Part shown: piece by piece, positions 1 through 9,631 of the stretch | Position numbering within the stretch: the stretch's first letter is position 1 | Layout of the letters: the number at the start of each line of letters is the position of its first letter | NCBI GenBank assembly: GCA_038214755.1 | Contig: JBBQRQ010000002.1 | Coordinates: forward strand, 64,001 to 128,000 | From: Verrucomicrobiota bacterium | GTDB lineage: Bacteria > Verrucomicrobiota > Verrucomicrobiia > Limisphaerales > CANJXF01 | Direction: 5' to 3' | DNA length: 64,000 nucleotides | The notes under the pieces: generated by a model | The model's database searches: none | Seen by the model: only the letters and a program-made list of their open reading frames with translations | What the model was told of the DNA's origin: nothing | Position numbers and translations under genes: made by a program

Positions 1-96
1 TCCGGCATGCGAGAAGTTTAATCGCCAAAATTAGTTTTGCAAACTGCGCGAATTTTTTTTGGACACGGCGATGAGATTCGACGCAAAGTAAAAAAT

Positions 97-474
97 ATGA
101 AAATTGCCAAAATCGTTGTCCGCCTGCTAATGGGATTGTTGTTTCTGCTTTCATCCCTTGTTGTCCTTTTTAAACTCGCGCCGCAACCGGAGTTGAAAGG
201 CGGCGCTAAACTTTTCATGGAGGGATTGATGGCGTCGGTTTATTTTATCCCGCTGCTGAAGATCACCGAGCTCCTCTGTGCGATTGCTTTTATTTCGGGC
301 CGGTTCGTGGCGCTCGCCACGGTGGTGATATTTCCGGTCGTCTTGAACATCGTGTTGTATCACGCCTTTCTTGATCCGAAAGGTTTGCCTGTGGCGATAG
401 TGATTTTGCTGGCGAATTTATTCCTGGCGTTTGCCTACAGGAAAAATTACGCAACGCTACTGGCGGCGAAATAA
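97..474 (+). CDS. DoxX-family membrane protein
   Basis: Four hydrophobic segments; R-LLMGLLF start and ITELLCAIAFISGRF motif typical of DoxX; ATG at 97 chosen. Confidence 0.7.
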   Translation: MKIAKIVVRLLMGLLFLLSSLVVLFKLAPQPELKGGAKLFMEGLMASVYFIPLLKITELLCAIAFISGRFVALATVVIFPVVLNIVLYHAFLDPKGLPVAIVILLANLFLAFAYRKNYATLLAAK

Positions 475-640
475 TTGTTACGGGAAGAATGCCTCTGAAG
501 AATCCAATTGCGAAAGTGGAGGCGAAAGTCGGGATTGATCCAAAACGCAGTGATCTTGGAAACAAACTACGTAGTTTACGATTTTTTGATTGCGTGTCGA
601 CCCTATCAGAAATCATTTCTTTTTCATTTTCAATGAGCGA

Positions 641-2043
641 GTTGCCTCATAAATAAAGACACCGAGGGGAAGCTTGGGAGAGGGGGAAAAACAATACGTT
701 GCCTCACGGGAAAATGACACCGACAAACTGGAGGATGAAAATGAAAAAGAGCAGTTGTCGGCAAGAAGAGTTGGAGCGGTTGCAGCGGCGTTATGAAGGT
801 CGCGGCAAGGAAGGCAAGACGCGCTTGCTCGACGAGTTTTGCGAGCAGCACGGCTACGAGCGCAAACATGCGATCAAGCTCCTGGGTGATCAATTGCCCA
901 AAGGCAAAGGCGTGGCGCGCGTGGGAGCCGAACCGGTCTATGAACCGGTGCGGGAAGTCATCGAACAGATCTGGAAAGCCAGCGAACAACTTTGCGGCAA
1001 GCGGCTGGAACCGGCGCTGGAACTGTGGCTGCCGCATTACGGCAAACATTATGGAAGCCTGTGGCCGACGCAAAAGAAGCTCTTAAAAGAAGTCAGCGCG
1101 GCGACGTTGGATCGGATGCTGGCCGGGTTGAAAACGGAAGTGCCACGGCGTTTGTGCGGCACACGCCCGGGGACATTGTTGCGCCAACAGATTCCGATTC
1201 AAGGGGAAGTGTGGGATGAAAAGCGGGCGGGATTTCTGGAAGCCGACAGCGTGGCCCACTGCGGGTCGAGTCTGGCCGGAGATTTTATTTGGAGCCTGAC
1301 CTATACGTGTTTGGGCAGCGGCTGGACCGAAGGCCGGGCGGTGTGGAACAAGGGCGCGCACGGGGTGGTGGAGCAAACCAAAGACGTGGAGGAGAATCTG
1401 CCCTTTCCATTGTTGGGGATGGATTTTGACAACGGCAGCGAATGGCTCAACTGGCATCTGGTGCATTATTTGCAGGAGCGGGTGGCGCCGGTGAAGCTGA
1501 CGCGCTCGCGTCCCTATCACAAGGATGACAACGCGCATGTGGAACAGAAGAACTGGATGTGGCCGCGCCAGGTGTTGGGTTACAGCCGGCTGGAGAAAGC
1601 CGAAGCCGTGCCGTTAATCAACCGGCTCTACAAAGAAACGTGGGGGCCGTTGCAGAACTTTTTTCTGCCCTCGGCCCGGCTGGTGGAAAAGCATCGGGAA
1701 GGCAGCCGTTGGGTGCGGCGGCTGATCGTCCGCAAACGGCGTATTAACGATTGGCGCAGGGCGGGCAGTTGAGTAAAAAAGAGGCGAGGCGATTGCAGGA
1801 TTGGAAAGAGTCGTTGGATCCCTTTGAACTGGCGGGCAAACCGATCTGCAACTCAAACCGATATTAAGATGAAGCAAAAAGAAATCAGTCGCCAAATTTT
1901 TTGCTCCTGCTGCTGCGCAGCAGCAGGGGCCAAACCCCCTCCTGACGGAGGCGAAAACAAAAAACCCGTCGGTGTCATTTAACGTGAGGCAACGATTACC
2001 CTAAATTACCAAAATTCTCGGTGTCATTTATCCTTGAGGCAAC
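641..2043 (+). mobile_element. ISNCY-like insertion sequence (~1.4 kb) with doubled subterminal inverted repeats
   Basis: GTTGCCTCA..GACACCGA at 641-666 and 697-724 mirrored by TCGGTGTCATTT..TGAGGCAAC at 1968-1994 and 2017-2043; encloses a DDE transposase. Confidence 0.85.
741..1866 (+). pseudogene. DDE (integrase-core) transposase with disrupted C-terminus
   Basis: EADSVAHCG / DNGSE / NAHVEQKN motifs; near 1722 the expected tail DRPQTAY*RLAQGGQLSKKEARRLQDWKESLDPFEL continues in another frame with a TAA at 1745-1747. Confidence 0.75.
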
Positions 2044-2140
2044 AGGTTCCTCATGTCCAATTGATTTCGATTACGGGCGGCGCGCGCGATTTTTAAAATT
2101 GCGAAACGGTTTTTTTCGTCTGACTGTTTGGGGCGTCCGC

Positions 2141-4780
2141 ATGAATTTATATTCCCCCAAAGCTGCCACGCTGATTCAACTGGCGTTGCTTTTTTTTGTC
2201 GGCATCAACGCCAAGGCTCAATTCATTCCACCGCGCGCCGACGTGATTTTGATTTCGGGAATGGCCGGTGATCTGGAAACGGAAAAGGAATATCGCGACC
2301 AACTCCATTCGTGGCTGGAATTTCTCGCGACGCAAAAACCTGCGGGCGGCATCACGGTTCTCGCGGATGTCGATCTGGAAAATGTTCCCGTCGATTTACC
2401 GGTGAAAAAACTCAAAGCCACGCGGGAAGCATTCCTCGCGGTGGGCAAAACGCTCGCTGCTTCGACGAACAAACTATTCGTCGTGGCGTGGGGACACGGC
2501 GGTTTGCAAGGACGCACTCCGGTTTTTCACGTCCGCGGGCCGCGCCTGACGCCCGCCGATTTCAAGGCTCTCGCCGAAAGCACGAAAGCGCCTTCCGATT
2601 GGATTTTATATTTTCGCAGCAGCGGAAATTTTGCGCAAGAACTCGCCGCGCCCGATCGCAAAATTATTTCTTCCGAAAACGAAACGATTTATGCCAGTGA
2701 TCCGGTCGGCCTTTCCGTTTTGTTGAAAAAACTGAACGCCGATCCCTCGCTGGATTTTGCGAAAGGCGCCAGCGAACTCGGCTTCGGCGTCGCCAGTTGG
2801 TATCGCGACCGAAATCTTGCCCGCACTGAAGAACCAACGCTTTGGCTGGGCTCGGAAAAACCGCTGACGTTGATTTCCACGGAATCCGCAGCGCAAACCA
2901 ATTCAGTTCCAAACTTAAAATCTCCGCTCCCGCTCACCAAGGATTTGCCCGCCGCCTGGAAAGAAATTCAACGCGTCGAAGCGCAAAAATTTCCCGACGC
3001 GGACGCGGTGGTGCTGAATGCCCGCCAGGTTTATACGTTGGGAAATCGTCCCGCGCTTTCCGTCGAGGAAGAACAATTCATCCAGATTCTCACCGAGGAA
3101 GGCAAAAGGTTTGGCGATTTCGATTTCAATTATTCACCGCCGTTTGAAGACATCAATTTTTTAACGTGCGAAGTGTTGCGCCCGAACGGCGAATTGGCGC
3201 GACTCGATCCCGAGGCGATTCGCGATGCTTCCGATTCCTCTTTGCGCGATTACAAAACGGGTCAGCGAAAAATGTTCTCGCTTCCACAAGTCGGTCCCGG
3301 CGCGATTTTGCACATTCATTACACGCGAACCTGGCAGAGCTTCCCGCTGCCGCATGTCTCCACAAAAATTTCGCTGGCCGGAGAATCGCCGATCTTGCAG
3401 GAAACCATTCGCGTCAGCGTTCCGCGAAATGCGGCATTTAATTTTTCGTTCGAGAACATGGATTCGCGCGATCCTGAACTGAAACAAACCCAATACGGCA
3501 CGACGTATATCTGGAATTTTAAAAATCTCGACGCTCACACGCGAGAAGCCCTTTCCCCGCTGGACGGCGAGCCGCAACTGTTGATTTCAACGTTCCCCGA
3601 CTGGGCTGCCTTCACCGGCTGGTATGCGCGCCTCTGTAAATTGTCGGATGAAATCACACCGGAGATTTCCGAGAAAGCTGCCGAGTTGACGCGCGCTTGC
3701 AAAAGCGATCAGGAAAAAATCGCCGCGCTCTACAATTACGTGACCGGCTTGCGCTACGTCGCAGTGGAAATGGGCGTGAATTCTTTTCGCCCGCCCGCCG
3801 CCGCCAATGTTTTGCAAAATCAATTTGGCGATTGCAAAGACAAGGCGAATTTTTTCAACACACTCATTCGCTCGTTGAAAAAGGAAAATCTGAATGCGCA
3901 TCTCGTTCTTGTTCCGCGGTTCACTCAAGCCAACGAAGCAATGCCCGGGCTTGCGTTCAATCACGCCATTTCGCGAGTCAAATTGGGTGACGAAGTCTTT
4001 TGGATCGACACGACCGATGATGTTTGTCGTTTCGGAATGTTGCCCCCCGGCGACTCGGGCAGAAAAGTGTTGGTCATCGACGAACAGACCACCGCCCTGG
4101 CGCAACTGCCCAAACCGCAGGCGCGCGATCATCAACTGGTTCTTCGCGCCAAAGTGAACTGTTCCGCGCTGAACGAAAGCGAACTGCCTTTCGCAGCGGA
4201 CATTTCCGGCCTCGGCTACGTCGATTACGAACTTCGCTCGCTGGCCCGTCATTTCAAAACCCATTCGGCCAATGTGCCGTTGCTGTCCGCAAAGTTTCGC
4301 ATGGCCAACTCCAGTTTCAGTTTGGACAAACAAACTTATTCGCCTATTTCCGCGTTGAGCAAAAATTTCAATTTGCAAATGGATGGAAAAATTATCGGCG
4401 GGAATTCTGTTTTGCCGGCGGGAAAATCTTTCCTGTTGAAAGCGCCGTTTTGGATTCCGACCGAATGGGATGTCGCATTGCATCGCCGGAGCGCCGGACT
4501 TTTTTTGAACCAGGGCTATCCCCTCGGACTCGAAGAATCCGTGGAGTTTGAATTGCCGCCCAATCTTAAAAATATTTCGACGCCTGCCTCCCGCGAAAAC
4601 AAGGAAGCGCCGCTGAAGTGGAAAGTCGATTGGCAACGCAACGGCACACATTTAATTGCGAAACTAAATGCGGAATTGGCGAGCGGCGAAATTTCCGCCA
4701 AAGAAGTTCCCGCGTTCCAAAATCAAATTCGTAATCTGCTTTCCGCGCTCGCCGTTGGCGCGGAGATCTCGTTACCTTGA
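2141..4780 (+). CDS. Secreted DUF3857 + transglutaminase-like protein with extra N-terminal domain
   Basis: Signal-like N-terminus; GDCKDKA (Cys), FNHAI (His), WIDTT (Asp) triad. Confidence 0.8.
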   Translation: MNLYSPKAATLIQLALLFFVGINAKAQFIPPRADVILISGMAGDLETEKEYRDQLHSWLEFLATQKPAGGITVLADVDLENVPVDLPVKKLKATREAFLAVGKTLAASTNKLFVVAWGHGGLQGRTPVFHVRGPRLTPADFKALAESTKAPSDWILYFRSSGNFAQELAAPDRKIISSENETIYASDPVGLSVLLKKLNADPSLDFAKGASELGFGVASWYRDRNLARTEEPTLWLGSEKPLTLISTESAAQTNSVPNLKSPLPLTKDLPAAWKEIQRVEAQKFPDADAVVLNARQVYTLGNRPALSVEEEQFIQILTEEGKRFGDFDFNYSPPFEDINFLTCEVLRPNGELARLDPEAIRDASDSSLRDYKTGQRKMFSLPQVGPGAILHIHYTRTWQSFPLPHVSTKISLAGESPILQETIRVSVPRNAAFNFSFENMDSRDPELKQTQYGTTYIWNFKNLDAHTREALSPLDGEPQLLISTFPDWAAFTGWYARLCKLSDEITPEISEKAAELTRACKSDQEKIAALYNYVTGLRYVAVEMGVNSFRPPAAANVLQNQFGDCKDKANFFNTLIRSLKKENLNAHLVLVPRFTQANEAMPGLAFNHAISRVKLGDEVFWIDTTDDVCRFGMLPPGDSGRKVLVIDEQTTALAQLPKPQARDHQLVLRAKVNCSALNESELPFAADISGLGYVDYELRSLARHFKTHSANVPLLSAKFRMANSSFSLDKQTYSPISALSKNFNLQMDGKIIGGNSVLPAGKSFLLKAPFWIPTEWDVALHRRSAGLFLNQGYPLGLEESVEFELPPNLKNISTPASRENKEAPLKWKVDWQRNGTHLIAKLNAELASGEISAKEVPAFQNQIRNLLSALAVGAEISLP

Positions 4781-4805
4781 AAAAAACACCCAATGAAAGG
4801 TCACC

Positions 4806-5873
4806 ATGTTGGACAATGAAATCGTTGTTCCGCCCGAAATAAGCGCGCCGCCCGTTTCCCGTCCGCCGCCGCTTCCGCCGGTCATCAACCCCGATCCCAC
4901 GGCTGTTTTGGAAAAACTTCCGGCCAAGGTCAAAGCCATTCAAAACGAAATCTCCAAAGTCGTCGTCGGCCAGGACAACACGGTGGAGGCGATGCTCAAC
5001 GCGCTGTTTACGCGTGGCCATTGTTTGATCATCGGCGTTCCGGGACTGGCGAAAACTTTGCTCGTCCATGCGCTGGCGCGATTGCTCAATCTGCCGTTTT
5101 CGCGAATTCAATTTACGCCGGACCTGATGCCGTCGGACATCACCGGCACGGAAATTCTCGAAGAAGATTTGGCGACAGGCCGGCGGCAATTCGTCTTCAC
5201 GCGCGGACCGGTTTTCACGCAGGTTTTGCTGGCGGATGAAATCAATCGCACGCCGCCGAAAACGCAGGCCGCTTTGCTGGAAGCGATGCAGGAAAAAACA
5301 GTGACCGTCGCCGGGAAAAGTTATCGCCTCGAAGAACCATTCATCGTTCTTGCGACACAAAATCCAATTGAACAGGAAGGAACTTATCCATTGCCCGAAG
5401 CGCAGCTCGACCGATTTTTATTTGAGTTGCCGATTGAATATCCGACGGCCGCCGACGAGTTTCGCATCGTCGAGCAACATTCATTCACGCCGCTAACCAA
5501 GCTGGAGCCGATTCTTAGTCGCGAAGATATTTTGCAATGGCGTGAAGCGATTGCGCAAATTCCCGCCGCGCCGAATGTGATTCAATACGCGGTGAATCTT
5601 GCGCGCGCCACGCGGCCAAATGATCCGAAGTCGCCCGATTACATCAAGCGGTGGATTCGCTGGGGCGCAAGCCCGCGCGCCAGCCAATATCTCATCATCG
5701 CTGGTCGTGCCCGCGCCGCGATGCAAGGCCGATTCAACGTCGCGTGCGAAGATGTCGCCGCGCTCGCGCCCATTGTTTTCCGTCATCGTTTGATTCGCAG
5801 TTTTCAAGCGGACGCTGACGGAAAAACGAACGAAGAAATCATCACTAAACTTTTGCAGGACATTTCGCGCTAA
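4806..5873 (+). CDS. moxR: MoxR-family AAA+ ATPase
   Basis: GVPGLAKT, RIQFTPDLMPSD, LADEINR, ATQNPIEQEGTYPLPEAQLDRF. Confidence 0.95.
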   Translation: MLDNEIVVPPEISAPPVSRPPPLPPVINPDPTAVLEKLPAKVKAIQNEISKVVVGQDNTVEAMLNALFTRGHCLIIGVPGLAKTLLVHALARLLNLPFSRIQFTPDLMPSDITGTEILEEDLATGRRQFVFTRGPVFTQVLLADEINRTPPKTQAALLEAMQEKTVTVAGKSYRLEEPFIVLATQNPIEQEGTYPLPEAQLDRFLFELPIEYPTAADEFRIVEQHSFTPLTKLEPILSREDILQWREAIAQIPAAPNVIQYAVNLARATRPNDPKSPDYIKRWIRWGASPRASQYLIIAGRARAAMQGRFNVACEDVAALAPIVFRHRLIRSFQADADGKTNEEIITKLLQDISR

Positions 5874-5973
5874 AAACATTTTCCTGTGCAGATCGCGTCC
5901 AAACACCTGGCGAAGTGCGCCGTGAAAATCGAAGAAAAATCCCATTGCGAAATGAGAAGTGGGAAGGCGTGGT

Positions 5974-6297
5974 ATGAAGCCTTTTGACCTTTTAAAATTT
6001 CGAGAGTTCGTTACGGCGGAAAAAATCGAATGGCGGAAGCACGTTCTGCAAAAGCTGGCCGAACGCGCTATCCCCCAGCAATTCGTTCGCGATGTATTGC
6101 TGGCCGGCGAACGAATTCGGGACTACGCGGATGACAAACCTTTTCCGAGCGCGCTTTTTCTAGGGTATGTTTCCGGCAAGCCGCTTCATGTGGTGGCAGC
6201 TTGTGATGAAACGCAAGGACAGGTGTTCATCATTACGGCTTACGAACCGTCGCTCGAAATTTTTGAACCGGATTATAAAACAAAACGAAAATTATGA
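5974..6297 (+). CDS. DUF4258-domain protein (putative toxin)
   Basis: DDKPFPSALFLG..PLHVV..IITAYEP motif; stop overlaps next start. Confidence 0.8.
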   Translation: MKPFDLLKFREFVTAEKIEWRKHVLQKLAERAIPQQFVRDVLLAGERIRDYADDKPFPSALFLGYVSGKPLHVVAACDETQGQVFIITAYEPSLEIFEPDYKTKRKL

Positions 6298-6527
6298 ACG
6301 CGAAAGACAATCAATGCCCGCTGTGCGGCGGTAGGAAAACAAACGGCGAAACCACTTTCACGGCGGATTTAGGAAGCGGCGTGGTCGTCGTGCGGCGCGT
6401 CCGCGCCACGGTTTGCGCGCAATGCGGCGAAGAATGGATTGATGATGCGACCGCCCGCCGCCTGGAGCAGGTCGTCAACGAAGCGCGGTTAAAACACAGT
6501 GAAGTGGAAGTGACGGCCTTTGCATGA
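6294..6527 (+). CDS. YgiT-type zinc finger / MqsA-like antitoxin
   Basis: CPLCGG...VCAQCGEEW. Confidence 0.8.
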   Translation: MNAKDNQCPLCGGRKTNGETTFTADLGSGVVVVRRVRATVCAQCGEEWIDDATARRLEQVVNEARLKHSEVEVTAFA

Positions 6528-6680
6528 CTCAATCTTGAAACCAAAAACGCCCGGCGATTACGCCAGCCGATAAAGACCAAGCCTGATCTAAAAACAAATG
6601 AGTTTGTCGGCCCACTACAAGTCCGATCTAACCGACAAACCAACACCCTCATCGTTTCACGTCGTTAAAATTTTGAAACC

Positions 6681-7598
6681 GTGCAAAACGCATCCAATCG
6701 AAGTCTGGCCGATCAATTTGATCCGCGCGCGCTCGCTGCGCTGGAAGGATTGGATTTCAAAGCTCGTTATGTGATGGAAGGTTTTTTGAGCGGCTTGCAC
6801 GAAAGTCCCTTTCACGGTTACAGCGTCGAGTTCAGCGATTATCGAAATTATCAACCGGGTGATGATCTGCGCCATTTGGATTGGAAACTTTATGCGCGCA
6901 CTGACCGCCTTTGCATCAAGCGCTACCTGCTGGAAACCAACGTGCAATTTTACGTCGTTTGCGACACGAGCGCGTCGATGGGCTATCGCGGTTCGCGCGC
7001 GTGGGAAACAAAACTTGGTTGCGCGCGGATAATTTCTGCGGCGATGACCTGGTTTCTGCTGAACCAAAACGACGCGGCGGGATTGATTGCGTTCGACGAA
7101 AAAAACGAAACGCGTTTTGTCCGTCCCTCTTCGCGTTCCACCCAATTTGGTTTGATGCTCCGCGAGATGGAAAAATTGCAACCCGCTGGCGGCGCGAGTC
7201 TCGTGAATTTGCTCACCCAAACCGCGCGTCTGGTGCATCGGCGCAGCGTGATTTTGTTTTTTTCCGATTTGCTGGAGCCGAGCGCGGAAGTCGAACTTTA
7301 TTTCAAACAGCTTCGTTTTCACGGCCATGAGTGTCTTGTGTTTCAAGTGCTCGATCCTGATGAAATTGATTTTCCGTTCACTGAATCGCATTTGTTCGAG
7401 GACATGGAGACCGGCGCGCGCCGACAGGTTTCGCCGGCGAACGCGCGGGGAAAATATCTGGAACGGTTCAACGGTTTCATGGACGACCACCGCAAATTTT
7501 TTCAAAGTTTGGAGATTCCTTTTTGCGTCATCCGCAACGACGAAAATCCGTGGCGCGCTTTAGCCCTGTTTCTTTCGGAACGAAAAAGGCTGAAATGA
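6681..7598 (+). CDS. DUF58 (vWA-like) protein
   Basis: EFSDYRNYQPGDDLRHLDWK, DTSASM; MoxR partner. Confidence 0.9.
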   Translation: MQNASNRSLADQFDPRALAALEGLDFKARYVMEGFLSGLHESPFHGYSVEFSDYRNYQPGDDLRHLDWKLYARTDRLCIKRYLLETNVQFYVVCDTSASMGYRGSRAWETKLGCARIISAAMTWFLLNQNDAAGLIAFDEKNETRFVRPSSRSTQFGLMLREMEKLQPAGGASLVNLLTQTARLVHRRSVILFFSDLLEPSAEVELYFKQLRFHGHECLVFQVLDPDEIDFPFTESHLFEDMETGARRQVSPANARGKYLERFNGFMDDHRKFFQSLEIPFCVIRNDENPWRALALFLSERKRLK

Positions 7599-9631
7599 AT
7601 TTCTCATTTCTCAATCCGCTGTTCTGGATTGGCGCACTGGCGCTGGGCGCGCCGATCTATCTGCATCTCCGACGCAAGCAGCCCCAAAATCTTTTACCAT
7701 TTTCCACACTCCGTTTTCTCGACGACCAACCGCAGCCGAAACAAAGTCCGCGCCATCTTCGCGATTTGTTTTTGCTGGCCTTGCGCGCGCTCGCCTTGCT
7801 GCTCTTGATTGGCGCTTTTGCGTGGCCGTTTATTCGTGAGGCGACCACCGTCGTCGTGAAAGAAAGTCGCGTTTACATTCTGGATAATTCTCTCAGCCAT
7901 CAGGTTGATGATGGATTTCAAAAGGATCGAGAGCGTTTGTTGAAAGAGTTCGGCCAAGCGGGCAAGGAAACGCAAATCGCTGTCGTCGAACTTACAGCCA
8001 ATCCGCGCGCCATCGTCAGTTTCGGCGACGACCACGCCGCTGCCGCGCAAAAAATTCAGCAGCTTCAACCCTCATTTCAACGCGGCTCTTACCTTGCGGC
8101 CTTTCGGCAAGCGAACACCTTGTTGGCAAACTCACTCGGCGAGAAAAAGAAAATTATTTTGCTCGGTGACAATCAGGAAAATCAGTGGGCGGACAATTTG
8201 AACACGCCGGCATTTCTTGAGGACGTTGAAGTCGAAATTCCTAAGACCAAATCAACGGCGCGTTCAAACGTCTCCGTGTCGGATGCGCGCGCCGAACGGA
8301 TTTTTCTCGGCGATAAATCGCTCGTGCATTTTACCGCGCAAATCATTCACAAGGGAAAATTTGCTTCGGCGAAAATGTTTTTACGCGTCAACGGACAGGA
8401 ATTGCTCGCGCGCGAGATCGATTTTACTGACAAAGGGGAGAACATTGTTTTTCAAACGGAATGGGAAGCTGAACCGTCGTTGCAATTGAGCGGCGAATTG
8501 AGCGTGCAAGCGGAGGGCGATTCTCTTGCTGGCGACAACAACGTCTTCTTTTCGCTCGCGCCGGTGCAGGAGGGAAAAGTCGCCATGCTGGCGCAATCTT
8601 CTTTTTTGAAACTCGCTTTGTCGCCGGAAATCATGCGTGGCCATTGGGCGGCGCGGTTTATCGAGCCAACGAAAGTTTCCAGCGAACTCGACGCGAACAA
8701 CGACGCCGAAGTGCTCTGCATCGAAGCGAGCTATCTGCAATCCAGCGATGCGCGAAAATTGCTCTGGCGTTATCTCAGCAATGGCCGTGGCGTTTTTCTG
8801 ATGGTCAATCGCGTCAATCCTTCCACGAAAGGTTTTCTCAAGGAATTGGGTTTTGAAATTTTGTCGCCGGATCCGGCCAAAGCGGGCGCGGCGACTTTCC
8901 AATATATTTTTGCAAACCACCCCGTGTTCCACCCCTTCACTTCGCCGGACTACGGAAATCTTCTGGAAATAAAAGTCATCGATCCGGTTCGCCTGCGCAG
9001 CAAACAGGCCGTGCCGCTGGTCTATTCTGACAAAGGCGAGCCGGTGTTTTTTCAAAATCTAAAACAGCCGGGGAAAATGTTTGTGTCCGCGTTCGGTTTT
9101 GAGCGCGCGCAAACTTCCTGGCCGGTGCATTCAACCTTCATTCCGTTTCTCGATCTCTGTTTGCAAAATGCGCGGCCCGCCGACACCACGCCCACGAGTT
9201 TTGAACCGGGCGATGCTTTCGCGCAAAGTTTTCCTACCAATTCCACAGTCAAGACGCTGTTGTTGCTGAAGGATCAAAAAGAACTGGACCGCGCGCCGGT
9301 GAGGAATGGAAAAGCGCAACTGCGTTTGCCGGATCAGCCGGGACTTTACCGTCTGGTTTGTGAAGGTGGAGTAGAACCGGAAAAAATCATTTCCATCAAT
9401 CCGTCGCCCAAGGAATCGCAATTGATTTACGCCGCCGCGCCTCCCGCATTACAGGCGTGGCAGCTTCCGGCCAGCGCTAAATCGTCTCCCGCAGTGCAGA
9501 CAAAAACCATGGGCGCGGCCAGTTTTGCCAGCATCCGGCAACAGCGCCTCTGGTGGTGGCTTCTGCTCATCGCGCTTGCGGGATTGTTTTGTGAAACGAC
9601 TTGGACAAATATTAAACGGAGGATCGCATGA
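7595..9631 (+). CDS. BatA-domain / vWA membrane protein
   Basis: MNFSFLNP..PIYLHL BatA N-terminus, ILDNSLS, C-terminal TM helix; ATGA overlap with DUF58. Confidence 0.85.
   Translation: MNFSFLNPLFWIGALALGAPIYLHLRRKQPQNLLPFSTLRFLDDQPQPKQSPRHLRDLFLLALRALALLLLIGAFAWPFIREATTVVVKESRVYILDNSLSHQVDDGFQKDRERLLKEFGQAGKETQIAVVELTANPRAIVSFGDDHAAAAQKIQQLQPSFQRGSYLAAFRQANTLLANSLGEKKKIILLGDNQENQWADNLNTPAFLEDVEVEIPKTKSTARSNVSVSDARAERIFLGDKSLVHFTAQIIHKGKFASAKMFLRVNGQELLAREIDFTDKGENIVFQTEWEAEPSLQLSGELSVQAEGDSLAGDNNVFFSLAPVQEGKVAMLAQSSFLKLALSPEIMRGHWAARFIEPTKVSSELDANNDAEVLCIEASYLQSSDARKLLWRYLSNGRGVFLMVNRVNPSTKGFLKELGFEILSPDPAKAGAATFQYIFANHPVFHPFTSPDYGNLLEIKVIDPVRLRSKQAVPLVYSDKGEPVFFQNLKQPGKMFVSAFGFERAQTSWPVHSTFIPFLDLCLQNARPADTTPTSFEPGDAFAQSFPTNSTVKTLLLLKDQKELDRAPVRNGKAQLRLPDQPGLYRLVCEGGVEPEKIISINPSPKESQLIYAAAPPALQAWQLPASAKSSPAVQTKTMGAASFASIRQQRLWWWLLLIALAGLFCETTWTNIKRRIA

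Noticed and set aside
628..2060. Target-site duplication for the IS
   Set aside because: Flanks (TTTCAA / TGTCCAA) do not match cleanly and the exact ends are uncertain.
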